In this document: positions 13,233 to 27,000 of the stretch, one piece after another
Layout: every line of letters begins with the position of its first letter
How positions within the stretch are numbered: position 1 is the first letter of the stretch
Source of the DNA: Chrysomallon squamiferum
Lineage: Eukaryota; Animalia; Mollusca
Reading direction: 5' to 3'
NCBI GenBank assembly: GCA_012295275.1
Contig: CM022675.1
Location: forward strand, 9,114,001-9,178,000
DNA: 64,000 bases
Program-made: the position numbers and the translations under genes
The notes under the pieces: model-generated
Database searches by the model: none
Seen by the model: only the letters and a program-made list of their open reading frames with translations
Told to the model about the DNA's origin: nothing

Positions 13233-16200
13233 ATGAGCAAGGTGTCGTTTCGGGCTCGGGCGCTGGACGCCACGAAGCCTATGCCAGTATTCAGGGCAGA
13301 TGAAATCCCCGACCTGCCAGATTTTGCTACCATCAACAGATCAGTGCCCCAAATGCCGACAGGAATGGAAAAAGAAGAAGAAACGGTATGTTCCCACCTC
13401 CACTGGGAACCCTCTCCCGTCCTCCATATTGGGTTTGGCCGCCATATTGGATTTTTCGGGCACCTTGCAATAGATAATATTTTCCGTTGGTTTTCATTAT
13501 AATTGCAATATATTAACGTGACTGCTATTTATATCTATCAAAATTGATATTGCCTGTAGCAAATTTCATAAAGACTGGACCACTGAAGCTTTATTACGAG
13601 AAATATATTTTTTTGAGTTTATGAGCACGTGACTTCCGGCATTTTCAGATTGGGAAACTCCAAAAACATAATTAGGTTGGGATACCTAACGTCCAGTTGT
13701 TTAATAAATTTTCGAATAACAGACTGTAATGCACATATCTTACGGTTTAATATAAAAATAAAAATATTTTTAATTTGTTTCTGATCTTTGTTAATGTTTT
13801 AAGTTACGCTTTTGCACAAAAATTAGGAAAATCCCTAGCCATTCGTTTTACTTCCTGGTTTTTTCATTTCGTGAATGTCATAATATACTGATACTTCATT
13901 TATTAACAAGCTCTCAGCAACATGTATCACAAAATGAATTTATTTTATAACTACCTGATAGGTTTCATAAGTGCATTTTAAATTCCTTTTGTAAATTTTC
14001 GGTGCATAAATAGTGATGTTCACTTTTTAGTTTTAATGCTACATACAACCAAATGATCATTATTTACATGCATTTAACAGTTGGAAGTTATTTTGATAAT
14101 TCTTCTCTTTGAGGCGATCTGTTTGCATAACATTAATTAAAATTAACTGACTGGCTGTACCATTGAGCTTAAACAGTATTTTGGAAAGCTATTTTTCATT
14201 AGAATGTTAGAAGGAAACTGGTAGACTTGATATTAAATGTATCTGCCTTAATAACAATACACTGATAAAACTGATATTAAATTTTATGGTTTTATGTGCA
14301 ATACAGACATTATTACATCTGCAGTTAATATTTGATAAAGACTGATTTATTGCAGAATTTTAATACTGTTCACAAATATTATAATTTTGGCTAATTGATC
14401 ATAGATTCGACCAACAGAAGAAATATTTGAACAGTTGAATATGGAAATATATAAAACATTTTTTTAATCATATGACAGAAATGATAATTAACTTTTCTTT
14501 TGGGATGTGCAGGATAAATTGAGAAAGTTAAAAAATGTTTTTCAAGATGCCATACTGAACAAAGTTTTATCTCTTGTTTTAGTTTTTCAAAACGTTTAGT
14601 CTTCGAGATTTACCTAAGTAGTTATAGTAACTAATAATATATGTGATGCTTTCTACAGGAGCATCATCTTCAAAGGGCGCTGTCGGCACAGCAGGTCTAT
14701 GGTACGTCGGAGGCTCTGGTTATACCAATTCCCGAGGTTGAAGATATTAGTGAGAAGTATGAACAATACTACAAACCTGATTTCAAGCTCGGGAAGCAGT
14801 ATGTCCATATTCAAGGTGATTCAGAGAACGTTTTCTTATACTCGGCTGGGGACACTTACTTACGTTTAACACTTATTTAACAGTGTTCTCCGCCACTGTG
14901 GCATATGACATGTTCTTCTTATCAACTTCTGTTTGTAGCAGACAAAACCAGTCCCATGTGTCTTGAAACACAAGATTTAAAATATTTCAAGCTGAGGGAC
15001 TGTGGGATATGGCCTTGATGCTTAACGACCATATCCATTTATTGTTGTGTTATGCTCATCGTAAAATTCTATTTGGTATATTTATTTTTGAAATTTTAAC
15101 TGTTTTTTATGTAACTTTGTGGATTATAATGAACATTTTTTTTTTTTTTTTTAAACATTTAAAAAATTTAATTTTAAGCATTTGGTATGGACCAAGAGAT
15201 TCCCGACTATGATATGGACAGTGATGATGACACGTGGCTCAAGGAACAAGTTAAAAAGATGGAAATTACTCCGCTCAAATTTGAAGAGATGATGGACAGA
15301 CTGGAGAAAGGAAGTGGACAACAGGTGAGCTGAATTTTAGTTGTGACTTGTAATAAATCATTTAAAATTTTGTAGATAGGAAATTGGATTCCACATCGAA
15401 AAACACTATTTATTCTATCTGTTCTACATTTTGTGACAGTTACCTTATATTTAATGTTTTGGGGTTTTTTTCAGTTATAGAATAAAATGGGTATCCTAAA
15501 AAAAAATTCTAATTTTGTTTTAATTATTTTTATTATTTGCAGATTTAGAATTACATATAAATCAAAATGTTTTATTCAGTTCTTTGTTTTTATACAATTC
15601 ATAATTTATTTTTGTTAGAAAACACAAGCACTGCCTATTTCATTTTCAAAAGAAATAATTAATTGTTCCAGGTTGTTACATTGCAAGAGGCAAAACTGCT
15701 TTTGAAAGAGGACGATGACCTTATTATTTCTGTATATGATTACTGGCTCAACAAAAGACTGAAAGTGGTATGTAGTAAATTTAATTAGTTTTAAAATCTC
15801 ATTCATTTTATTTTGTAAAGGATTTTTTAATTAAAAAATAATTATTATTATAAATAAAAAATCTGACAATTTTCTTAATGTTTATTTCTTATGTAAAGTA
15901 GTTTTTCAGTTAAGTTGCAGTATAAAATTACTTTGGTAGGTGCAAAATTTTTTCTTGCATTTACTACATATATGTGTGAGAATTTAATAATCAGTGTAAA
16001 AGAACATTTAACAGGTTCAAAATGATTGTTCATATCTATTACAAAGAAAACATAATAGTAATAGAAAAGATCTACTTGGATGCTATAAAACAAATTTCTA
16101 TTTTATTTATTCTGATTCAGATTAGCTATTATCAGTGCAGATTTTTTTTTTTTTTTAAAAACCCACATTATCACAAAAATAAATTTTTGAAATTTTTATT

Positions 16201-17136
16201 TAATAATAAATGTTTAAAAAATTACAGCATTTTTGTATATCTTGAAATAAAGGTTTTCAGTAAATAAATTGTTTTTATTACAGCAACAACCATTGATACC
16301 GACAGTTAAAACTGAAAAGCGAGATGGTACGACTACAAATAACCCTTATGTCGCCTTCAGAAGGAGAACAGAAAAAATGCAAACGAGAAAGGTAAAAACC
16401 TCAGTAATGTCTTTATTTCTGTTTTCCAACATACCTGATCTGATTTCATTAAAATATATGTGGTTATCTCAAAATATTAGGGGCAGGAAATGTTAAAACC
16501 TCTAATTCTTCGTTTTAATGTACAGTATCTTGATACAGTCATAAAATAATATTCTTATTTATAAAAAGTTGATATATATTTGGAGTAAAGTATAAATCTT
16601 TATGTATTTATTTTGCCTAAATAAGTAGTGTTTTGTTTTATTTCATTATTTTGAATATTTATGTGGGCCAGTCATCCATTTGTGGAATTTTTACAGAATT
16701 GAATTTTTATTTTATTTTATTTTTTATTATAAAGAAATGCCACGTTTTGTTTTCAGAACCGTAAGAATGATGAAACCTCGTATGAGAAAATGTTAAAACT
16801 AAAACGGGATCTCAGTCGAGCTGTGTAAGTTTCACATTTGATTTGTTTTCAGTTTTACAGAAAAATAACAGCATTTATTTTAGTGGGTTTTTTAAAATTA
16901 CAAAATTTATGTAAGTGCTTTCATGAAAACTGGTACATAGTTTAAACATCTTAAATAGATTCACGTTGAAAGCAAAGTATCTGATTTTTAATATTTTTTT
17001 TAGACTTTTTGTTTGATGTGTTATAGTCTGTTGTAAAATAATAAGTAAAGAATTACCTACTTTTTATCAAATTTAGTACAGATAAATATCTTCAGAATGT
17101 TGGATTGGAGAAATACATAAATATTTTTATCATTCT

Positions 17137-17167
<31 letters not shown>

Positions 17168-19762
17168 CAGTACATTGCTTGAAGTAATAAAAAGACGAGA
17201 AAAGTCAAAGAAAGAACTGTTACAGCTAACCATTGAAATATTGGAGAAGAGGTAAGTTTCAAAAATATTTTTAAAAATCTATAGAATTTTTAATAGCTCT
17301 TGAATATTGTTTTCTAAATATATAGATAAATTCTGAATTGTTGCTTAAATTTTATTTCAAAAGTAAGACAAGAATCAAAACTTGATGGTCAAATCTGAAG
17401 CTAATAGTACTGAAAAAGTTACTTAATCCAAGTTCATTTCATAAAAGCAGAACTTTTTGTTTTTTTTCTTTATCATTGCAAATAAAACACATGAATTCAA
17501 ATGTGATTTGAAATTATATTTTCTGGGTTTTGAAAAGTTTTATTTTGTCTTAATTATTATGTGTTTTTTTTTGTTAAACAGATATCAAGGTGGTGACTTT
17601 GAAGGGAAACTTCTGGCAGAAGCAGAAGAAGAAAGACACAAGCATCCATCGTTCATTCCACCATTTTACCTCAATAACCAAGGCGAGTGGGTTCAAGGTA
17701 TGAATGGAGAAGAGGTTACCACTGTTCGCAAGAAGCGTCCTTACCGGAAGCGAAAACAACAACAGCGGCAACATCATGAAGTTCAGCATCACATACCACC
17801 AACCCAATCCTTTGAGGTGGACATTCTTCATCCTGACGTCGATAGCTCGGATGAAGAAATCTTGTCTCCTGTAAGTTTAAACAAAAAATGTGTGTGTGTG
17901 TGTGTAATATTTTATTGTTAGCTTAATTGAGAGATCAAGTATACGGTCACGTTTTTTTTTTTAATGCTTTATAACCTACTAGAATCCATTTTGCAGTAAA
18001 GATTCAAACACTATGTTTTTATTTAATTTTTTTTTTTTTTTTGATACGATGTTAAAATGTTGTAAATCATAATATATATATTGTAATAAAAAATTAATAA
18101 ATTTGAACACAGCAGAACTTTTATAGCATTTTTATTGTGAACAATTTATAAATGGATTAAAAAAAAGAAAATTGCCATTGATACAATTAGCATTTTTATA
18201 TTGTTACATACATTAGGAATATATGTGTAATAATATCCCTCAGTTTTGTTTTTCAACAGTTTAAATATTAAAAATGAAATAATTAATTTTTGAGTTTAAA
18301 ATTAAACATTGATTTAATATTTTCTTTTTAGGGATTGTCTCCTTCGGACCACGAAGATGAAAATGATCCTGATGGCCCATACGCATTTAAAAGAAGAAAG
18401 AACTGCAGTTACTATACTGTTAGCATCTTGTTTTATTTTTTAGTTAATTTGCAAGAGCTAAAGTGTTCGTCATTGTACACGATTAAGTATTCATTCCTTC
18501 ATTTCTGTTGAATTATGATCACATTTATTTATTCTCTTTGTATTTATTATTTTCATTTCAGCTGTTAAAACAGTATTTTACCTAATTATCAGTGTCTTGA
18601 AAATAATAATTAAAGAGAAAAATAATAAAACAGGATTAAACATATTTACCCAATTATTTAAGGTTTATAATAACAAATAAATATGTTTTATTTATTATCA
18701 GGCGTATCAAAATAAGAATTAAAAATTAATTATAAATTTATACAAATTAGATATAAATTACTGCAGTTAGAATTGCAGCCTACCTTAGATGTAAACATTT
18801 TTTTATATATATATACTCTGCTAAATCCTTTTTACTTATTTAAGTGTTTTTTACGTTTCAGCCTTTACTCGATCGGCTTGGTAATTTTGCATGGACGTCG
18901 CCCAAGGAGGGTGGTATAGGAGACAAAAAATACCGATATTCTCTCTTGTCACTACCTCCACCAAGAAACTGTGTTGGCTTTGGCCGGCGAAGATACGGTC
19001 GTGGCGGCAGGTATGTTGCATTCAGTCTTTCAGATTCGTGTGCTATTGGTTTTTTTACATACTGTGTTCTGTATATCTGTATATTAAATACTGAGGTATA
19101 TATTTGTATTACATTACTGAATTCTGTGTATTTGTGTATTACATACCGAGGTGTATATATCTGCATATAACACACTGAGATGCGCACATATTTGTATATT
19201 ACATACTGAGGTATATATATATTTGTGTATTACATACTGAGATATTTATATTTGTATATAACATACTGAGGTATATATATATATTTGTATGTTACATACT
19301 GAGTTGTATATATTTGTGTATTACATTACTGAATTGTATATATTTGTGTATTACATACTGAGGTATACATATATTTGTATATTACATACTGAAATATATA
19401 TATATTTGTGTATTGTTATATTTTTAGGATTATGAAACAAAATGTACATAGTGTGCATTATTAAATTTATCATGCTTTTCATAATCATATAATTTGTAAT
19501 GATAGAATGATTATTAATAGTATTTGAAATAGTTATATTCTTAAAATGCACTAAATATAATTTTAAAATGTACGAAGATAAGTTAGACATAGATCTTTGA
19601 GTTTTAATCACTAAGTATTGATAATCTATTTTTGAAATGTACTTAATACAGAATACTTTTAATAAATAATGATTGTTTTTGTATATTTTCAATATATGAC
19701 AATGAGATTATTGCGTACTGAGGTATATTTATATATATATTTGTATATTACATACTTGGGCA

Positions 19763-19793
<31 letters not shown>

Positions 19794-22700
19794 TTTATTA
19801 TTATTATATATTATATGTATATTACATACGTTAAATGTTTTTATATTACATATTATTATTTTATATATCATACTGATGTTTATATATTTGTATATCATCA
19901 GGGTAATAATAGACAGAGGATTCACACCATGGGATGATTCATTAGATCGCTTAGATCTGACAGACGCTGAAGCACATGGCGACTACGTTACTTACATCAG
20001 GGAGAAAAAAATGTAAGATACAAAAATATGTATTCTATACAGTTACTTTTTGATATTAATAAGTTAATGTCCACAATATGTACTTCTGAAATTTCTGACG
20101 TTTAGAATTTTTAATTTTTAATTTATTTTAAATGAAGGTTCATGAATACATTTGTTATCATGATGTTAAAAAAGAAGGAAAAAAAAAAAAATAAAAGACC
20201 AAGCATTTTCAATTTCATTAATAAACTAATGTCTTTGCATGTCCTTTCAATAAGTTTTTTTTCATTTTTTAAAAATACAGTTTTAATTCATTTGATTAGA
20301 TCACTGATTCTGAAACTAGTTTAGGTTATGATCTTGCGTCACCTTTATCTCCAGCATCTGCTACTACCTTCCAGCCATTTCATAAAAACTAAATAAAAAT
20401 TAGATTTTCAATGTACTTTGCAGATTAATTATCTTTGTTACCTAAAATACATCTAGGAAACAACCTCTCAAACAGCAATGTTTTGGTTTAGGAGTGAAAG
20501 ATAGCAACTGCAGTGTAGTCTAAAATGTACTCTCAAAACCAGTGAAAGTTGTTAAACTAATATATCCTTACTTGAGTCACTCATTTACAGAACCTTTTTT
20601 TTTTTTTTTTTTTTTCCAGTCCTCATTTTCGTCCACGAACACCACCATCAGAAATATCCTCGCAGAACAACTGTGCATCTCCAACCAGCACTCCAGCTTC
20701 TGAGTTCAATTTTGAAAGTTTTCAGTCACATCAGGAGCAACTAGCTCAGATGCAGAGGGAACAGCAAGAACGTTTGCAGGCCTCAGAATTGGACATGAGC
20801 ATAGAGACAGATGAGACTTCGTCGTCTAAATCTGCGAAGTTCATGCTGGATTCTGCTAGTGCCGAATTTGCTGTTTCTGCCGTTGTGAACTCGTCTCAGC
20901 TTAAAAGTGCAAATATTGGTGCTAACTCTGTTATTTCATCCTCCAATTCTGCTTCAACAAGCTCAATTGTTGCAGCTTTAACCTCAAAAAACAGTGCAGC
21001 AAAAATGAATGTACAAACACCGACATCGTTGCTGCCCCTGTCTGCCTCACCATTACCACCGATAACTACAATAGCAGCAGCAGCAGCAGCTGCAGCAGCA
21101 ACAACAAATGTTATACAGACAACAGCACTAAATCCTCCTACACAGTTGGTTCCTGTTCCAACAAATGGGCCTAAATCTGGAAGTAAGTGATTTGAAAATA
21201 AAAGTTTTACACTAATATTTTTTTTTTTTTCTCTCAGATAAGATGTATATTTAAGGTTTAAGGCAGTGTTTATTGTTGTTTTATAATCATTAAATTAAAA
21301 TTTAATTTGTGTCGAATAGCTTCCCAGACAGGTGTATATCCTGTGTTGTTAGCCCAGAATTGACAAAAAGGTTTTGGTTACTATTAGATTTTTTTTTAAA
21401 TAAAAGTTATTTAATGGCTTAATATCAGTTACATTGGCATCACGTTTCTAATGGTTTGTATTATTTGTTAAATTATCAGCTTATTATGTAAAAAAATGAC
21501 AAAAAAAGGTTAGTTAGTAAATACATTTTTAGACAGGTTTTTATACCAGATGTAATATGAATACACAATAAGAAGTGTATTGAAAATGTTTATATACATT
21601 TGTAACAAACATAGAGGTGAATATGTTGTTTTCTGATTAATAAAATAATTTGATAATACGGGATGCATTTCACAAATTCTATGAGGTAGTGATGATGCTG
21701 TAAACTAGGAAAAAACTACTAAAATCAGGGATTATAATTTAAAATTTGTTTTTATTGCAGGTAGTTTTTATTGATAAACTTATTTTTGGTCTGTACTGAG
21801 TTCTCTAAATCAACATGCACATAGTTTATTAGCTAGGATGTGGGAAACTGTATTATGCTTTTTATCATCTGAAACTTTTTAATGTATCTACTTTTTTTAA
21901 TTGGCAGCTTTTATTAACTGAATGCACAATGAAAACACAGACTGCTGTATTACAAAACTATTAAGAGCAATAAAGTTAGCAACAAACCACCAAAAGTTTA
22001 AATAGAATTTTTTAAGTTGAAAATAATTTGTAAACTTTTTTTTTCATTTATCATCAAATAAAAATATTTTATATTGTTTCAAAGTACTGTTTATGTCTTT
22101 AAATTTACTTGCATTAATAAAAGCGTATAAATTCAATGATGGGAATTTTGATTGTTAAAAGTTATAAGTTCACCATTTCAGTCTCATTTGTATGCATTTT
22201 ATTTCTTTTCTAAAAATATTGTTTTGTTAATATTTTTATTTAGTAGAATAACAAAAAGAGATTTAGTTAACATTTCTGTGGATTTTGAAAACGAAAAAAA
22301 AATCAGCCAATACAACAGTAGAACTGAATGATAATATGCTCTATTTGATTAGAAAATTTAGATATGTAAAAATACATTATCATACCATTAGAAGGGAATA
22401 ATTAAAAAGGTAATTATTAATAACACAACATAAATTTATGTGTAATTGTTTCTTTTGCTGTTTTTCTTCAGACAAAACAACAGGGCTTTCAACTTCACCA
22501 GCAGCTAACGTCTTACAGCTTAACTTTCCCATTTCAATGTGTTCCTCATTGACATCGTCATCTTCTGCGCCCATAGCAGTGTCTCTATCAACATCGTCAT
22601 TAACATCAGCACTTACATCTAGTCCTTCAACCATCACCACACTTCCACTAACGCGAACCATTGCTACAAACAACAAAATAATATCATCACGGACTAGTAT

Positions 22701-23515
22701 ACTGAAATATTCCACACCCTCATCTGCTGTACTCAAGTAAGTATTGTTAACAGAATACTTTTGTTTTCTTTTATTTGAATTTTGAATTTTGAAAATGTTA
22801 TCAAATATTTTACATATCCATAACAAAATTAATATTTTGCAAAATGAAGAATACTTTCAAAATACTTGAAAATTTTATTGTTCATTCGTTTTAAAGTATC
22901 ACTGAAAACGTTAAAAAAAAATGTGTATTATAATATGTGAAAACTTTATAAAGTATTTTTTACCTGTATCTTAATGAAGACATCCATCAACTTCTGATGG
23001 GTTTTCCTAGACTGCCATACATGTATATAATAAATAAATTAAATAGAAATTCCAAAAAGCAATAAAAAATTAAAAATATTTACAAAATGCAACAGGCATA
23101 ATGAAAATGTGTGAAAAATATCCTTAGGCATTTTGTGAAGAATGTTAATAGTACAAATGTTGGATGTGTAACTGACAAGGATGGAAGTTAATCAGTGTGT
23201 TTTGTCTGTGAACCAAAACCTAACAGAGTAATGCTTTTTCAGTCTAATAAATGAAATAATAGAATTAATCAGTTGTTTATTATTTGTTAAATCATTAAGA
23301 GGTGATATTAAATGCTGCTTCTTATTTTATTTTATTTTATTTTGCAAATATTTTTTTTTTGATTTTTATATTTTTTTAGTTATTTTATTTTATGCTCTTT
23401 TCTGTTATTATATTATATTATAATATATTATTTTTGCAGGCAAACCTGTGAAAATTCTGGTACTGTGAACAACTTCAACAAAGATAACAAAATCATTCCG
23501 ATGGATGTCACGTGA
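13233..23515 (+). CDS. EPC1: Enhancer of polycomb homolog (NuA4/TIP60 subunit), ~782 aa
   Basis: 14 exons: 13233-13385, 14659-14815, 15179-15324, 15672-15767, 16284-16391, 16757-16824, 17171-17251, 17582-17870, 18332-18418, 18862-19010, 19902-20012, 20620-21182, 22472-22736, 23440-23515. Phases are consistent (2349 nt). Motifs MSKVSFRARALDA, PQMPTGMEKEEE-EHHLQRA, PDYDMDSDD, NPYVAFRRRTEKMQTRKNRKNDE, GFGRRRYGRGGR and C-terminal PMDVT. Confidence 0.96.
19056..19415. repeat. ~28-32 bp minisatellite in EPC1 intron 10
   Basis: Unit ~ATTACATACTGAGGTATATATTTGTAT repeated about a dozen times. Further copies at ~19715-19760 and immediately before the acceptor at 19901. Confidence 0.85.
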
Positions 23516-24045
23516 CCAACTTAAATCAGTCTGGGTGCCAAACCTGAGGTCAAGGTCAGGTCATGATTGGGCAGCAGCAGCAGCAGCAGCAGCTACAACA
23601 TCACGTTGTGATAAAGAGCCATCAGACACATGCAGAAAGCATTCCACGTGAAACGGATAACAGACAAAATGAAAAACAGAAGTTTAATGAAATTCCTCAG
23701 TGTGATGACTAAGAGAAACAAAAACAAAAAACACAAAAAAGAAAACAAAATTTGGAGCTCTGATTAAAAATGGATGGCTTGAATGGGGAAATACATCGGA
23801 AGAGTGGAAAGCAAATACAGTAGCCATATGCAAACTCTGCTTTGTTTTTCGTATATGGTGTGTCTTTGTAATGAAGTGTATAGCCAGTTAGAAACATTTG
23901 CGATCAGACTGTATTATCAGCAGTGGTTTTTTTGTGGCTATATTTTAACAGTTTTCATCCATATAGACTAGCAGTGGCCATGGAAGAAAACAGTTCACAG
24001 AATAACAAAATAAAAGTTACATTAAAGAAAGTATGTGGTAAATGA

Positions 24046-24080
<35 letters not shown>

Positions 24081-27000
24081 ATATATATGCTTATATATAT
24101 GGAAAGCCCTGGATACATGAACAGAAGGCATTTTTAATTGTTTGTTGATTAACCTGCATAATTGTTCATTGTGTGTTTAAAGGGCTGTTTGGAAATCACA
24201 GTTGATAATTTTGTTATTTCTCTTAAATTAAAAAAAACTTAAAATTAGTCTGTTTTTAAAAGTTTTTTTTAATTATTATTTTTTTTTTTTTTTAAATCTT
24301 GAGATTATGTACTTAGTGGGAGTTTGCATAGGGAATGTTCAGGTAATCTGCTCTAACAATTTAATTAAAAATAGAAATTTATTGCTTAAAACAAAGTGGA
24401 TTGAAAAAAATAAATGCTTCTGCTGTAGTATTTATTTTCTAATGACAGTAATTTTTATCAGTGATTAATAAACATAAAGTAGTCTGCAAAATTTAGATTT
24501 TATTGAAGTGCTAGATATAATAAGGTGGCTTTTGGTTGCAGTAGAAATATAACTTACATTTAAAAAAATAAAAGTTGATCATACTGTTTATATATTTTTT
24601 TTAAATTACTGATTACTGAATTTAGGTTAATTCTTATATACTAAAAAATTAGAAAATAATTATAAAAAATAATGTTATTATTTGGGGTTTTGGAAAATTG
24701 CATGTTTCATTTTGGGAAGAAATACTTGGCTTGGTGAAAAGTGTATATTGCCACACTGTTTTCTTAATTATTCTGCAAATCATTGTTTGAACATGTTTTA
24801 TATATAACTATATATATGTATGTTACATCACTGTAAAACAATAAATACCTCACTGCTTAGTAGATCCACGTGTGTTCTAGCATATACCATTATTAAAAGC
24901 TCGACTGTAGATTTCAAATAAAATCTAAAACATTTTGGGGTTGTTTACAATAACATCTATTAACTGTTCTTGTTACAAAAGCGCAGGTAACAAAACAAAT
25001 AATAATAATAATCTTTTAATATTAATCTTTCTCTGAATTTAAATCTTTTGAGATCTTGCGATCAACTTGAGGTATGCTTGGAAAAATTAACGTCTGCATT
25101 AATTATACTGCAATTGTTTGTGTTAAAAACTAATGTAGATTTTACAGTTGATATTTCTTAATTTTTTTTTATATAAAGCAGTTTTGTTTGGCATTTATAC
25201 AAATAAAATTTTACAGTGTTAAACTGAATGCATTAAGAACATAGAGTAATGCGATTAATCATTTAAGAATGATGAAAATTGAATGGATAGATCGATAACC
25301 AATATGAAAAAGTGAATAATAACTATGTAGAATTTTGCTTTAATGTGTTATGTAAACGAAAGTTCAGCAAATATTTACAAATGGCTGGCTTAACTCGGCT
25401 GCAAAAACTGCTTTGTTTGAGAAAGAAAAGTAAATGTATTAAAATTTTAATAACAGATCAAAACAATAAACTTGATAATGTTACTCCTAATGTATTTGTT
25501 CAGTTTTATTATCATGTTTGTATGTTGGTGGTAACCTTTGGATCAATATATAAACTGCTCATTAAACCAAATTTAATTTTTATTTTCTTCTTATTCCTAT
25601 TATTATTTTTTAACTTCTGTATATAAATGCTTACATTAACTATAAAAATTGACGTCTCCAATAATTTGGAGATTTTTAAAATGAAGAATTGGACTAGTTG
25701 AACATTAAATCTTATTTAAAAAGAAGAAAAAAAAACATTTACTGCCATATGAATGAAAGTTTTCGTTTATTGTAATCACTAGTTTTGTGTATCTGTTGTT
25801 AACCTTTCCTATAGTCTAGTTTTTGTAATGGTACAGAAAGTAAATATTTAGGCATTCCTTTAAATACGGTTTAAAAAAATAAATAAATACAAGAAGGAAA
25901 AAAAATTCTACAGTACAAAAAAAAAAAAAAAAAAAAAATTGTGAGAGGATGGGTGTTAAATATTCAAATTTATATCACAAAAAATGGTTTTGCTTCATAT
26001 CAAAGGTGAAAAGTTTCAAATGTAATAATCTGGATGTGACTGCATGCATGTATGTATTTTATTTGAATTTTGGAGTGAAATGTAATGTTTGTAATTGTAA
26101 CAAGATGGAGTATGTCAGTTCTTTAATATTTATTATTATAATTAACTTAAGAATTATTTGCTCATTCAGCTTTTTAAAAATGTTCTCGATGTAATTGTTG
26201 ATATATTTTATAGATGTTTGTTAAAATGCTTTTTTCTTTATTTTGACATTCATTTCAGTTATTTTTGCAATTAAACAATAATCAAAGGAAATAAAATACA
26301 TTTTTCATTCTGCATTAAATTTTGAGATTGATACGTTTATTTCATTTTTATTTTTTATTAAAACAACTTTTCTAAATTCTGTTCATTCCAGTTTAAATCT
26401 AGTTAATACTTTGTTCATATAAAATGTTTCATAATTTATTTTGCTCCAAATTGTTTCCAAGTCATTCAAGTAATGTTTTTTTTTTTTTTTTAATAAATTT
26501 ACTTATTTATTTATTTATTTATTTATTTATTCTTTTTTGTTAAATTTCCTTTTCTAAAAATAATAATTTAGCCTTAAGGTATTATTATTGTTATTATGAA
26601 ATTTTTTAATAGCTATTTCACTTAAGATAAAACTTCAACTGACGAGATTTTCACAAAAACAAAACACAAGCTTAGCTTTTTATTGCTGTTCAGCTTAATT
26701 GAATTATTTTTTTTTTTTTTTCTTCACTTTATTACAGAATGTAATCATGAATTATGTGTAATTTTTTTATGTACATTGAAAAAGTAATTTTGTATGTACT
26801 TTGAAACTTTTCACCTTTTAAAAGAATGTATGATTTTCAAGAACTCAATGCATGACATTTATAGAATGATTGAACATGCAAGAACTTTGTGAGTGATAAT
26901 ATTTTGTGTCGAGTTAGAGCTGAATAAAAAAAAAAAAGTAGGATGAAATTGTATGAAAATAGAACGGGTGTATGTGTGAATGAGTGAATGTTTTATTTGC

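Noticed and set aside
23546-23565. Clustered AGGTCA nuclear-receptor half-sites (also ~29036 and ~54039)
   Set aside because: Short motif that recurs several times in the window in unrelated contexts, with no independent support.
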